A stretch of 64,000 nt of DNA from positions 148,805 through 212,804 of the forward strand of contig CAVZVJ010000004.1 in assembly GCA_963778755.1 (NCBI GenBank), read 5' to 3'. Of the stretch, positions 9,950-20,741 are shown piece by piece. The position numbers and the translations under genes were made by a program. The stretch is from an uncultured Acidobacteriota bacterium. GTDB taxonomy: Bacteria; Actinomycetota; Acidimicrobiia; Spongiisociales; ZC4RG35. Within the stretch, counting starts at the first letter, position 1; each line of letters opens with the position of its first letter. The notes under the pieces are model-generated. The model had not been told where the DNA came from, did not search any database, and worked only from the letters and a program-made list of their open reading frames with translations.

Positions 9950-10297
9950 TGCTCTCACTCCTCGCCCTTTCCATCTCGCCAGGCCGATGGCCAGGGCCAC
10001 CCCGATCGGGGTAGCCACCAACATGGTGAGCACCGCCAGTCGCACGCTCTGGGCCAAGGCGAACCGCAGTGATTGGTCGTAGAGCACCGACTCGGCGGCG
10101 GCTGGGTCACCCACGTACCACCGTGTGGAGAAGCCCTGCCACGTGCTTCGCGATCGACCTGAATTGAATGAGAACAGGACGGCTATGGCCACGGGGATAA
10201 TCGACCAGAGCACATACATCAGGGTCACCAGGGGTAAGAACCTCGACTTTCCCCAGGGGTTGGCGATGGCCGACCTCATTCGGTGGGCCGTGGTCAT
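9401..10297 (-). CDS. ABC transporter permease (PotC-like)
   Basis: ATG 10297 MTTAHRM; EEAAMDLGAS loop; AISIDDFVIS. Confidence 0.9.
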   Translation of the reverse strand: MTTAHRMRSAIANPWGKSRFLPLVTLMYVLWSIIPVAIAVLFSFNSGRSRSTWQGFSTRWYVGDPAAAESVLYDQSLRFALAQSVRLAVLTMLVATPIGVALAIGLARWKGRGVRASNLLMLIPLVTPEIVMGVALFLVFDKVYDFVPFGTWAQFLGHVTFSISFVVIIVRGRLFAIGRDYEEAAMDLGASQFQAMRRVLLPLLAPALLASFAIVFAISIDDFVISQFLVGGADSVTIPVKLYSGARLAPPPSLNALATVLMVITMAAVAAAGLLFRSLARRRGESGSALESVAGFEM

Positions 10298-11238
10298 CGG
10301 CGGGCCTCTTCCGAAGCGCGGTTGATCGACCGCAGGTAATACAGCATCAGGCCTGCGACGAAGATCATGAGGATGATGGTCAGGGAGGCGCCGAGCGCTC
10401 CGCCGCCTGTGGTCTGGTTTATGAACTGGTCGATTGTGTTCCCGTACATTCGGGTTCGTGGCGAGCCCGAAAGCAGGTTCGGCGTGTAGTAGTCGCCGAA
10501 CATCGGGAGCATGATTATCACCAGGCCACCCAGCACCCCGTTCCGGGACAGGGGCAAGGTCACTCTCCAGAACGTCTGTGCACTGTTGGCACCAAGGTCC
10601 CGCGAGGCTTCGAGGGTGGCTTCGTCGATTCGGTCCAGGGCAGCGAACAGCGGGAGGATGAAGAACGGGATGTATCCGTAGACCAGACCCAGGATCACAA
10701 CGAAGTGGTTGCCCGCCAGCCAGTCGGGTGGAACGAAATCGATGGAAAACCATCCGGCGATAGTGGTCAGCCAACGGTTCATCTGACCGTCGGGGCTGAG
10801 CAGGTTGACCCAGGACATCATCCGCATCAGATAGTTGATCCAGAACGGAGCGAGGATCGCCAGCAACCACAGCCAACGCCACCGCCCCGCCTTCCGGGAC
10901 ACGAAATAGGCCACGGGGTATCCGATCAGGACACTGAGAACCGAGGCGATGAAGACGTAAGCGAGGGTTCGCAGTGCGATGACGCCCAACTGACCGCCGA
11001 ACAGGTCGGAGAGGGCCTTGCCAAACACGGTTGGGTCCCAATAGAAGGGATTCCATTCCGGGGTGGCTCGTTGCAGAACCGGGTCCAACTGGCCCATGGC
11101 GACTGCGAACACCGCATAGAAAGGGACCAGAAATAACAACACCAACCAGATCACGCCGGGGAGGGCGAACCCTGGCCAAACCCATCGCTTCTGCCCGACG
11201 GTGTCGTACTCGGCGCCCGAGGCGAGGTTGGTGGGCAC
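10294..11238 (-). CDS. ABC transporter permease (PotB-like)
   Basis: PFWINYLMR, YIPFFILPLF, LEASRDLGA. Confidence 0.92.
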   Translation of the reverse strand: MPTNLASGAEYDTVGQKRWVWPGFALPGVIWLVLLFLVPFYAVFAVAMGQLDPVLQRATPEWNPFYWDPTVFGKALSDLFGGQLGVIALRTLAYVFIASVLSVLIGYPVAYFVSRKAGRWRWLWLLAILAPFWINYLMRMMSWVNLLSPDGQMNRWLTTIAGWFSIDFVPPDWLAGNHFVVILGLVYGYIPFFILPLFAALDRIDEATLEASRDLGANSAQTFWRVTLPLSRNGVLGGLVIIMLPMFGDYYTPNLLSGSPRTRMYGNTIDQFINQTTGGGALGASLTIILMIFVAGLMLYYLRSINRASEEARR

Positions 11239-11257
11239 AGCCGGTCAGGCCATCGGG

Positions 11258-12550
11258 TCAGCCGCCGGCATTGGCCCGATCCCACTGATCGACCCACAGG
11301 GCTTCAGTGGCAGCATCGAGTGGCCCTTGGACCCAGGCGGAATCGAGCTCGAAGTCCTCGGGCGCAACCAGGGCCGGCTCGAGGTGTGGCAACAGCCATC
11401 CATCGCTGATCAGAAGTTCAGCGGTCAGGCCATTCTGCGGAGGCTGATAACCCACGAACTCGAAGTTCTTGAGGGCGTTGTCCTGGTCGAGCATGAAGTT
11501 GAGGAACATGTGAGCCAGCACCGGGCTCTCCGAGCCCTTGAGAACCGTCATAGTGTCGTTCGATATCGCCCCACGAGTTGTCGATCCTTCGCTCTTGGCG
11601 GGCCACAGATACCGTGTGGTTCCCAGGTCGACTCCGCCGGGCCAGTAGTACTGCGAGTTGACGAGGTCACCGGACCAGGCCTGATGGATGGCATACCTTC
11701 CCTCCGGCAGACCCGAATATGAGCCATCGATCCGGTATCGGATATCAACCAAATCGATCAACTCGACCAGGGCGTCCCCGGCAGCAACCAGCTCGGCTTC
11801 GGTGGCGTTTGAGGGGTCGGGACACCGTTGTGGAACAGGGCGACCGGTATGACGTCGGTAAACGAGTCGAGCATTCCGATGATGCCCTTGTACTTCGGGT
11901 TCCAAAAGACGTCCCAAGGATTGGTTTGACCTTCGATGTCAGCGCTGTCGGCGAGGTCGATTCGCCAGCCGATACCCGTTGTGTACGTCACGTAGGGGAC
12001 GGAGTACCTCGAGCCCTTGTCGTAGTAGGGGTCGGCCAGTTGGGGCCACACATTGACGTCGAGATTGCCGAGGTAGTCGTGATTCAGCGGCTGAACGAAT
12101 GAAGCGGCCACCGCAACCGGGATCCGTTGCGAGGTGGGGAACCACACGTCGTACTGGACCTCGCCTGAGGACAGAGTGTGTCAGTGCCTGCTCCTCGTTG
12201 GTGAAGGTCGTCACCGCGATCTCAACGCCCAATGCCTCCTGGGCGAGCGGGATGATCTCGGGATTGATGTATGCATCCCAGTTGTAGAGCAGCAATGGCC
12301 CTTCCTCTGGTGGGAGCCCGGATTCGATAGCAGGGTTGTCATCGAACAGAGGCTGTTGCACTGGGTTCGCAGGGGTTCCGACCACGAGGTCGGCGGTGGC
12401 TCCGCCCTCTCGCTTGGCACAGGCAGCCAAGAAAGAGGGAAGCATGGGAAGGGTGATTCCCAACACAGCCGCACGCTGGAGGAAGTCGCGGCGGGTGAAC
12501 ACCCGTTTCCCGGTCGGTGGGTTCCAGTTCTCCCGTGGGTGGTAAGCCAT
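11258..12550 (-). CDS. PotD/PotF-like substrate-binding lipoprotein with Tat signal; several frameshifts
   Basis: TRRDFLQR Tat motif, LAAC lipobox, YNWDAYI, YSVPYVTYTTGIGW, AHMFLNFML spread over three ORFs. Confidence 0.8.
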
Positions 12551-12581
12551 GATCTATCCCTCGCTCAGCCGGACGTCGATC

Positions 12582-12597
12582 CTAAACCGTCGTTCAG
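12582..12597. promoter_or_regulatory. Operator-like site CTAAACCGTCGTTCAG (site 3)
   Basis: Just upstream of the substrate-binding protein operon; one mismatch to CTGAAC-N4-GTTCAG. Confidence 0.6.
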
Positions 12598-13220
12598 TCA
12601 TGTTGTGTCGGAAACCGGGGTTTTGAGAGCCATGTCGAGGAAGCCATTTGCCAGGTCCCGCATCCGATCGGCATCGACCGTGGGATCGCCGAGCATCACC
12701 TCGATAGCAAGGCCATCGAGCATGGCGGCGAGCTGGATTGCGAACTCGGCTGAGTTCACGCGCGAAATTCGCCGCTGGCGATGCCCTCGTCGACGATGCC
12801 CGCGATCTGCGCCCGCCAGGCCTCGTCCAGCCTGGCTCGTGCCGCTGCCAACGATGGATCATGGCGTGACATCTCCCACGCGGCAGGCCACAGGGTCCAA
12901 CCGTCGGTTGCACCGGTGCTTCGAGAAGGCCGGGGACAGCTGGCTTCGATGAGGATTGCGAACTTCTCCACCGCGGATCGGGCCCGTGCCAGCTCCTCTT
13001 TGACCGATTCGTGAAAGAGACGATCTTGATAGACCAGCGCTTCGGTTAGAAGAACTGCCTTGGAAGGGAAGTAGTAGAGAATCAGGGCGGGGCTGGCGCC
13101 GATGTTGTCGGCTATGTCGGCGATCCGAGTCTCGCAGAGGCCCCGCTCGGCGATGGCGGCACTGGCGGCGGCGAGTATGTCCTGACGGCGGCTCTCGGTA
13201 AGCGACGGTCTCGGGCTCAC
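12598..13220 (-). CDS. TetR family regulator, BetI-like C-terminus (frameshift near 12760)
   Basis: HTH TRIADIADNIGASPALILYYFPSK; continues in another frame as VNSAEFAIQLAAMLDGLAIEVMLGD...PVSDTT*. Confidence 0.85.
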
Positions 13221-13279
13221 GCTGACGATATTGGCACAATGATGTGGTCCGTTGCCACCAAAGCCATGCCCCCGGTACG

Positions 13280-13295
13280 CTGAATCGCCGTTCAG
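13280..13295. promoter_or_regulatory. Operator-like site CTGAATCGCCGTTCAG (site 4, autoregulatory position)
   Basis: Between TetR and the divergent CoA ligase. Confidence 0.65.
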
Positions 13296-13307
13296 GACAA
13301 GTCACCC

Positions 13308-15354
13308 ATGATGTCACTCGATCCGATGCTCCTTGCCCGTTCGGTGGCGATCGTGGGGGCCAGCGAGCGATCTGGCTCAGTGGGTGATCAGGTGGTCCGC
13401 CAGCTGATGTCCGGTGGTTTCAATGGGCCGATCTACCCGGTGAACCCCAGATATGAGACTCTGCACGGGCTGCGGTGCTTTCCCGATCTCGAGAGCATCG
13501 GTGAGCCTGTCGATCTGGCGGTCCTGGCGGTGGCCAACAGCCAACTCGAGGACGGGCTGACCCAGGCCGCGAAGATCGGGGCCGGTTCGGCGGCGATCTT
13601 CGCCAGTTGCCACGGTGAGGCCGCCGACGGCACACCACTGCGAACTCGCCTTCTCCAGATAGCCGAGGATGCGGCTATCCCCATCTGTGGTGGCAACGGG
13701 ATGGGATTTCTCAATGTCGAGGCCGGGCTTCGGGTCTGCGGCTTCTATCAGCCGCACGATTTGGTGCCCGGTGGGGTGACATTTCTCAGCCATTCCGGAT
13801 CGTTGTTCTCCGCCCTACTCCACAACAGGCGCGGCATCCGGTTCAACCTGGTCGTTTCCACCGGTCTCGAGATCAACACTCCGATGGATCGTTACCTGAC
13901 ATGGTCGCTACAGCGTGAGAGCACCCGCGTCATTGCTCTCTTCCTGGAGACGATCCGTGACCCCGACGGATTCCAGGAGGCCCTGAAGGCCGCAGCGGAG
14001 GTCGACGTGCCTGTGGTGGCCCTCAAGGTGGGATCCAGTGCCCGCGGCCAAAAGGCAGTCGCCACCCACAGCGAAGCCCTGGCCGGCGACGACGCTGTTT
14101 ACGAAGCTCTGTTTGATGCTCATGGGGTGCATCGGGTCTGGAGCATGGATGAGATGGCCGACACCCTCGAGTTGTTCTCGACGGGTCGACGAGCAACAGC
14201 AAATGGGTTGGGGGCGGTGCATGACTCGGGTGGGGAGCGGGCGATGTTGATTGACACGGCGGATCGGGTCGGGGTGCCACTGCCTCATCTGGGCCAGGCC
14301 GCCAGTGATCGAATCTCGGCCGTCCTCGACCCCGGGCTGGAGCCCGCCAACCCTGTGGACGCATGGGGCACCGGTCGGGACGCTGAGGAAGTGTTTGCGG
14401 AATGTCTGCAGGCGGTCGCTGCCGACCCGGGGGTGGGGGCTGTGGCCTTTTGCGTCGATCTGACGCCCGAGGAGCAGCCCGACGGCGCCTACTCGCATGC
14501 TGCGTTGGAGGTCTCCAGAACAACCCGAAAGCCGGTGATGGTTCTCGGCAACCTCGCCTCCACCATCGACCCATACCAGTCCAGCCTGCTGCGAGAGGGC
14601 GGGGTGCCAGTCCTCGAAGGCACGGTTACCGGTCTCCAGGCGGTGGGGCATCTCCTCGATCGCTTTCGGCGCAGTTCCCTGCCGAAGCGGGCTCCCAGAT
14701 TGACGAATCCGGCCGACCCTGCACCCGGGATCGAGGGCCAGATCGCCGCTTTCGACATCCTGGCGGGCTACGGCATCCCGACACCGGTTGCGAAGGCGGT
14801 CCAGTTCTGAGGATCAGGCGGCTTCAGTCGCCGCTGAGATCGGCTACCCGGTGGTGCTCAAGACCGGGGCAACGATCGACCACAAGACCGAGGTGGCCGG
14901 CGTCGTCACAGGAGTTGCCGACGAGGCCAGTCTGAGAGATGTCTACCGGGATCTCGCGACGCGGCTCGGACCTGAGGTGATCGTCTCCGAGACCGTGGCG
15001 CCGGGCGTGGAGATCGGGCTGGGCATGGTCACCGATCCCCAGTTCGGCCCGATCGTCATTCTCTCGGCGGGAGGAACCCTGATCGAGATGTTGGCGGATC
15101 GGGTGGCGTTGTTGCCCCCGGTCGACATGCCCCGCGCCTTAGCCGCCCTGTACCGGCTCTCGATGAGCCCGCTCTTGGACGGTATCCGCAATCGACCCCC
15201 GGTGAATATCGCTGCTCTGGCCGAAGTCGTGACCCGCTTCTCCGAATTGGCGCTCGACGCCCGGGACATAGTGTCCTCCATAGACATCAACCCGGTGATC
15301 GCTGGCCCGGATCGGGCGGTCGCGGTGGACGCCCTGTTCAAGGGCCGGACATGA
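13308..15354 (+). CDS. Acetate--CoA ligase (NDP-forming) family protein; frameshift near 14805
   Basis: CoA-binding SVAIVGAS, IYPVNP, phospho-His region ATHSEALAG; ATP-grasp part IGYPVVLK, DPQFGP, IDINPVI in the next frame. Confidence 0.85.
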
Positions 15355-16145
15355 CCGATCTGGTGCTCATCGATGACCGGGGCCCGGTTCGGGTGTTGAC
15401 ATTGAACCGTCCCGAGAAGCTGAACGCTCTTTCTGGCGCCCTCGTCGATGCGCTGTCGGTAGCCCTCACTGATGCGGCCGTCGACGATGGAGTCCGGGTT
15501 GTGGTCCTGGCGGGAGCGGGTCGCTCGTTCTGTGCCGGATACGACCTGGCAGAGGACGTCGGTGACGCAGATGTCGAAGCAGGGCTCGGGCGCAGTCTCG
15601 ACAGGCTTCTCGAGCTGTTCGACCATCCCAAGCCGATCATCGCCCAGGTACACGGGCATTGCCTGGCAGGAGGATGCGATCTGATGATGATGTGCGATCT
15701 CGCGGTCGCCTCTGAAGACGCCGTCTTCGGGCAACCCGAGATCAAGTTCGGCGCCGGGGTGGTCGCCTATGTGATGCCCTGGCTAATCGGTGCCCGGCGG
15801 GCCAAGGAGTTGCTGTTCACCGGTGTCGACAAGCTTCCCGCCGCCGAGGCGGAGCGGATCGGCTTGGTGAACAAGGTGGTTCCAAGAGAGCAGCTCGAAG
15901 AAGAGACCATGCGACTCGCCGACTCCCTTGCCGTGGTGGATCCATTCGCCATGCAGATGACCAAACGGGCTATCAACTGGGCCTGGGAGGCGGCTGGATT
16001 CCGGGATGCGCTGCGGGGCGGTGTCGAGTTGGGGGCGATGATCGAGACGGCACGGGTTCCGGAACGGGAAGAATTCGAGAAAATCGCCGCCGAGCAAGGT
16101 CTGGCAGAAGCGATCCGCTGGCGAGACGAAAGGTTCGAGAAGTGA
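15351..16145 (+). CDS. Enoyl-CoA hydratase/isomerase family protein
   Basis: LNRPEKLNAL, FCAGYDL, HCLAGGC, FGQPEI. Confidence 0.92.
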   Translation: MTDLVLIDDRGPVRVLTLNRPEKLNALSGALVDALSVALTDAAVDDGVRVVVLAGAGRSFCAGYDLAEDVGDADVEAGLGRSLDRLLELFDHPKPIIAQVHGHCLAGGCDLMMMCDLAVASEDAVFGQPEIKFGAGVVAYVMPWLIGARRAKELLFTGVDKLPAAEAERIGLVNKVVPREQLEEETMRLADSLAVVDPFAMQMTKRAINWAWEAAGFRDALRGGVELGAMIETARVPEREEFEKIAAEQGLAEAIRWRDERFEK

Positions 16146-16328
16146 GACGTTATGTGTTGACCTTGAGCTGTCCCGATCGCCCCGGGATCGTCAATGCCGT
16201 CACCGGGGCCCTTCTCGAGATCGATGCCAACATTCTGGAGAGCGCTCAGTTCGGCGATGTCGACGGTCCGCTATCACGCTGAGGAGCGCGTGATCCTCAT
16301 CGGCTCGAAGACGGTCGTCTTCTCCTAG
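16142..16328 (+). pseudogene. purU: Formyltetrahydrofolate deformylase remnant with a large internal deletion
   Basis: N-terminus MRRYVLTLSCPDRPGIVNAVTGALLEIDANILESAQFGD joined out of frame to C-terminus VRYHAEERVILIGSKTVVFS*. Confidence 0.8.
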
Positions 16329-16331
16329 GCC

Positions 16332-17774
16332 CTACCCGTGCTTGACCATCACGTGCTTTGTGATGGTGTAGTCGTGGACCGACTCTAGGGACATGTCCTT
16401 GCCAAACCCCGACTGCTTGAAACCTCCGTGGGGCGCCTCGGACGCCAGTGGGATGTGATCGTTCACCCAAACCGTCCCGAACTCCAACGCTGAGGCCATT
16501 CGCATGGCGCGGCCGATGTCCTTGGTCCACACCGAGGCAGCCAACCCGTAGAGGACGTCGTTGCCCAGGTGGAGGGCCTGCTCCTCACCGTCGAAGGGAA
16601 GGACCACCAGGACCGGTCCGAACACCTCCTGCTGGACGATCTCGGACTTCTGGTCGACGTCGACGATGACCGTCGGTGAGTAGTAGTAGCCCCGGTCCAT
16701 GCCCTCCGGGACGCCTCCTCCAAGCACCACCCGAGCGCCTTCGCTTCGGGCTCTATCTACGAAGCCGGCGACGCGATCCCTTTGCGTCGACGAGATCAGC
16801 GGGCCTAGGAAAGTGTCTTCGTCCCAGGGGTCGCCGATGGTGATTCCCTTGAACGACTCGACCACCGCGTCGACGGTCTCATCGAAGCTGTCCTTGGCGA
16901 CGTAGAGCCGGGTTGCTGCGGTGCAGTCCTGTCCGGTGTTGAAGGTCGCCCCGACCATCGCGGCCTCTGCGAGGGCCTCGGTATCCGCGTCGTCGAACAC
17001 GATGAACGGGGCCTTGCCCCCGAGTTCGAGATGAACCCGCTTCAGGGTGTCGGCGGCCGTCTTCATCACCTTCTTCCCGGTCCCGGTGGAGCCGGTGAGG
17101 GAGACCATCCTCAGGTCCGGGTGCTCGACCAATGTTTGCCCGGCGTCGTTTCCCCCGGTGATCACGTTGAAGACACCGTCGGGGATCCCTGCCTCGGAAG
17201 CCAGCTCGGCGAGCATCAACGCGGTGCGCGGCGTCCCTGGTGCCGGCTTGAGAACCGTGGTGCATCCGGCGGCCAGGGCGGGGCCTACCTTCCAGATGGC
17301 CATCAACAGCGGGTAGTTCCAGGGTGCGATCTGACCCACGGGTCCCACCGGCTCACGCCGCAGCATCGAGGTGTATCCGGCTGCGAAGTCGCCCGCTGCG
17401 GTTCCCGAGATATCGCGGGCGGCGGCGGCGAAGAACCGGAGATTGTCGACCCCGAAGGGGAGGTCTGCACCCAAGGAGCCCTGGGCGTAGGGCTTGCCGG
17501 TGTCCTCGGACTCGACCTTCGCGAAGTCCTCGGCACGGGTCTCGAGAAGGTCAGCGAGCTTGTGGATGACCAGGGCCCTTGCACCAGGAGTCTGTCGTGA
17601 CCAACGGCCATCGAAGAAGGCGTCCCGGGCGGCCTCTACCGCCGTGTTGACATCCTCCCCCGAGGCGTCGACGACCTCGTCAACTATCTCACCCGTTGCC
17701 GGGTTCTCGACCTTGAGCGGCTCGCCACCGCGGCTGGCAGTCCATTTCCCATTGATCCACAGGTCCCAGGCCAT
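16332..17774 (-). CDS. patD: Gamma-aminobutyraldehyde dehydrogenase (PatD/YdcW-like)
   Basis: PWNYPLLMAIWKVGPALAAG, LELGGKAP, GQDCTAATR, HGGFKQSGFGKDMS; last gene of the ydc-like operon. Confidence 0.8.
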   Translation of the reverse strand: MAWDLWINGKWTASRGGEPLKVENPATGEIVDEVVDASGEDVNTAVEAARDAFFDGRWSRQTPGARALVIHKLADLLETRAEDFAKVESEDTGKPYAQGSLGADLPFGVDNLRFFAAAARDISGTAAGDFAAGYTSMLRREPVGPVGQIAPWNYPLLMAIWKVGPALAAGCTTVLKPAPGTPRTALMLAELASEAGIPDGVFNVITGGNDAGQTLVEHPDLRMVSLTGSTGTGKKVMKTAADTLKRVHLELGGKAPFIVFDDADTEALAEAAMVGATFNTGQDCTAATRLYVAKDSFDETVDAVVESFKGITIGDPWDEDTFLGPLISSTQRDRVAGFVDRARSEGARVVLGGGVPEGMDRGYYYSPTVIVDVDQKSEIVQQEVFGPVLVVLPFDGEEQALHLGNDVLYGLAASVWTKDIGRAMRMASALEFGTVWVNDHIPLASEAPHGGFKQSGFGKDMSLESVHDYTITKHVMVKHG

Positions 17775-17790
17775 GAGTACTCCTATCTGC

Positions 17791-18576
17791 TCAGTTTTCC
17801 TCAGCCCGTTGGGCGAACCGCTGAGCGAGGATGATCGGAATAAGGGTGATCAGGACGACGAAGACTGCCACAACATTGGTGACGGGGCGGTTTCGGGGCC
17901 GGACCAACGAGGCGAAGATCCATAAGGGAAGGGTTTGTTGATTGCCGGCGGTGAAGGTGGTCACGATGATCTCGTCGAAGGACAGGGCGAAGGCGAGCAT
18001 CCCTCCGGTCACCATCGCCGGAGCGAGTTGGGGCAGCAGCACGTGGCGGAAGGTCTGCCAGCCGCGGGCGCCGAGGTCCATCGACGCTTCCAGGAGTGAT
18101 CCCGGCGTGCGACGCATCCGGGCTATCACGTTGTTGAAGCACACAGCGACACAGAAAGTCGCATGCCCGATCACCAACGTCCAAAAGGAGAATGTGAGGT
18201 CACCGAGGTTGATAGCCGAGCGAAGGGCGATCCCGGTGATGATCCCGGGAAGGGCGATGGGGAGGATGATGAACAGGCTGAGAGCTTGCTTGCCGTAGAA
18301 CTTGCTCCGCCAGATCGCCGCTGCCACCAGGGTTCCCAGGATGAGGGCGATGACCATCGCAACCAGGGCAACTCGGAGCGAGAGACTGAGTGCGGCTCGA
18401 ATATCGGCGCTCTGCGCAGCCACCCCAAACCATTTAGTCGTGAATGACGGAGGCGGAAAGCGGAATGAGGCTTCCTCGGTAGTGAAGGCATAGAGAAAGA
18501 GAAAGAGGATCGGGATGTGGAGGAATAGCAGCGCCCCGACCGTTGCAGCCTTCAACCAAGGGCCGGCCTTTCTCAT
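17791..18576 (-). CDS. ydcV: ABC permease YdcV/PotC-like
   Basis: [35 protein letters not shown]. Confidence 0.8.
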   Translation of the reverse strand: MRKAGPWLKAATVGALLFLHIPILFLFLYAFTTEEASFRFPPPSFTTKWFGVAAQSADIRAALSLSLRVALVAMVIALILGTLVAAAIWRSKFYGKQALSLFIILPIALPGIITGIALRSAINLGDLTFSFWTLVIGHATFCVAVCFNNVIARMRRTPGSLLEASMDLGARGWQTFRHVLLPQLAPAMVTGGMLAFALSFDEIIVTTFTAGNQQTLPLWIFASLVRPRNRPVTNVVAVFVVLITLIPIILAQRFAQRAEEN

Positions 18577-19505
18577 AGTGCCTCAAAGGCCCCGAGCCGT
18601 CGGGCCCCGGTTAGGTACAGCGTCATCACCGCGATCGGGATAAAGGAGAAGGCGGCGGCCAGAGGCAGGTTGCCGGCAACACCTTGATAGGAGTAGATGG
18701 CGAGCCCGATGAAGGGGCTGGAGTCCCCGATGATGGTCGGGATCACGTAGTCACCGAGAGTGAGGGAGAAGGTGAAGATCGATCCGGCGGCGACCCCGGG
18801 GATGGCCAGGGGCCAGATCACCTTGCGGAAGGTCAGAGGAGGCTTGGCGCCGAGGTCGGCTGACGCTTCGAGCAGGGACCTTGGGATACGGTCGAGTGTG
18901 GCGAAGATCGGAAGGATCATGTAGGGCAGCCAGATGTAGACGAAGACCAGGAACTGCCCGATGTACGAGGTGGAGAGTGATGGGCCACCGATCCCCGGGG
19001 TGGCGAGGATGCCGTGGAGAAATGCTTCGATGCGGAGTCGGTCGACGAACCACTTGATGATCCCATCGGCGGCGAGGATCAATTTCCAGGAGTAGACCCG
19101 CACCAGGTAGGAAGACCACAGGGGCACCAGGACCAATAGGACCAGAACGGCCCTTTGTTTGCGGCTGGCGAATCGCGCCATGTAGTAGGCAAGAGGGAAA
19201 GCGATCGCGATGCACGCAATGGTGACCGCACTGGCCATCCCGACCGTTCGCAGGACAACCGTCATGTTGGCGGCAGTGAACAGCTGGCGCCAGGAGTCGA
19301 GGGTTAGTGAGTCGCCAACGGTCCCGCTGAATGGGTCGAGTGCGTAGAAGCTCTGCACCAGCAGCGCTACCAGGCTGCCCCCGTAGATCCCGACCAACAA
19401 GATCACGGGCAGAGCGAGTATCAGAACGACCTTGAGCCACGGTCGCCGGTAGAGAGCCGTAGTCAGGCGATGCCAGAACGAAGGTGTTTCGGTCGTTGCC
19501 GTCAT
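18573..19505 (-). CDS. ydcU: ABC permease YdcU/PotB-like
   Basis: [38 protein letters not shown]. Confidence 0.8.
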   Translation of the reverse strand: MTATTETPSFWHRLTTALYRRPWLKVVLILALPVILLVGIYGGSLVALLVQSFYALDPFSGTVGDSLTLDSWRQLFTAANMTVVLRTVGMASAVTIACIAIAFPLAYYMARFASRKQRAVLVLLVLVPLWSSYLVRVYSWKLILAADGIIKWFVDRLRIEAFLHGILATPGIGGPSLSTSYIGQFLVFVYIWLPYMILPIFATLDRIPRSLLEASADLGAKPPLTFRKVIWPLAIPGVAAGSIFTFSLTLGDYVIPTIIGDSSPFIGLAIYSYQGVAGNLPLAAAFSFIPIAVMTLYLTGARRLGAFEAL

Positions 19506-19515
19506 TGAAGTGAGG

Positions 19516-19544
19516 TCGGAGGGCGGGAGACTCCCGCCCTCCGA
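19516..19544. other. Intercistronic stem-loop after the substrate-binding gene
   Basis: TCGGAGGGCGGGAG-A-CTCCCGCCCTCCGA, perfect 14-bp arms. Confidence 0.7.
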
Positions 19545-19556
19545 TTCCTCGTTAGG

Positions 19557-20741
19557 TCATCGACCGCCGATGACCGCCAGGTAGTCGGTCACCCATCGGT
19601 AGTAGGGGATGCAGGTTCCGGGGTCAGCCGTCCCGTTGCAGTCGTCGGTCGGTGTCTTCCAGAACGAGATCTGGTCGAAACTTTCGGATCCGTTGGCCGC
19701 ACAACCTTCGTCCGTGAGCAGCTCGTTCCCGGTGCATGCGGCGGGGACGGCGGGCACCGATCCGAACCACGACGCCAGGTCACCCTGGAGTTTGGGATCA
19801 AGTGAATGCTCCATCCACTTATAGGCGCAGTTCGGGTGTTGCGCCTGAGCATGCATCATCGTGGTGTCAGCCCAGCCTGTTGCCCCTTCTGAGGGGATCA
19901 CGAAGGCCGCCGGCTCCTCTGCGAACTGCAGGGCGATCACCTGATACGGCCAGCTCGACGACGCAGCGATGTTCTCGTTGGTGAAGTCGTCGATTTGCAC
20001 CGCGGCGTCGTGCCAATAGCGAGCGACCAGCGTTCGCTGCTGACGCAACAGGTCGAGCGAGGCGTCGTACTGGGCCTGATTCAACTGGTACGGATCCTCG
20101 ATCCCGAGCTCGGGATTGTGTGCCTTCAAGTAGAGGGCGGCGTCGGCGATATAGATCGGACCGTCATACGCCTCGACTCGTCCTTCGTTGGATGTGCCGT
20201 CTGGGAGAGTGGTCTTTTCGAAGACGACATTCCACGAATCCGGGGGAGCATCGGCGAAGACGTCGGTGTTGTAGGCCAGCACATTGGCGCCCCAGTCGTA
20301 GGGAACCCCGTAGTGCTTGCCGTCCACCGTGTGCCACCCCCCGTCCTGGAGACGCTCGTCAACGGTGTCATAGCTGGGAATCAGATCCAGGTTGATCTCC
20401 TGGACGGTCCCGCCGGCGATGAGCCGAAGGCTGGCGTCCCCCGAGGCAGTGACCAAGTCGTACTCGTTGGATCCGGTCATTAGCGACACCATCTCGTCCG
20501 AGGTGTTGGCCTGCTTGAACTCGACGGCGCAACCGGTGTCGGCTTCGAACTGGGTTACCCAGTCGTAGTTGGGGTCATTCTCACCGCGCTCGATATAGCC
20601 GGCCCAGGCGACGATGACGACCTTGCCCTCGCCGTCACCGACTTCTGTGGGAAGGGCGGTCCCTTCGCTGCCTCCTGAGCTGGTACACGCCGTCGCCAGG
20701 ACGGCGAGCGCAGCAAGCAGGATCATTGCTCGTGCTCTCAT
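19557..20741 (-). CDS. ydcS: ABC substrate-binding lipoprotein YdcS-like
   Basis: AWAGYIERG...[12 protein letters not shown]...TSDEMVSLM...[15 protein letters not shown]; lipobox ATAC. Confidence 0.85.
   Translation of the reverse strand: MRARAMILLAALAVLATACTSSGGSEGTALPTEVGDGEGKVVIVAWAGYIERGENDPNYDWVTQFEADTGCAVEFKQANTSDEMVSLMTGSNEYDLVTASGDASLRLIAGGTVQEINLDLIPSYDTVDERLQDGGWHTVDGKHYGVPYDWGANVLAYNTDVFADAPPDSWNVVFEKTTLPDGTSNEGRVEAYDGPIYIADAALYLKAHNPELGIEDPYQLNQAQYDASLDLLRQQRTLVARYWHDAAVQIDDFTNENIAASSSWPYQVIALQFAEEPAAFVIPSEGATGWADTTMMHAQAQHPNCAYKWMEHSLDPKLQGDLASWFGSVPAVPAACTGNELLTDEGCAANGSESFDQISFWKTPTDDCNGTADPGTCIPYYRWVTDYLAVIGGR

Noticed and set aside
10298-11185. N-terminal half of the 594-aa ORF 9401..11185
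   Set aside because: Off-frame overlap with the PotB-like permease; the real gene starts at 10297.
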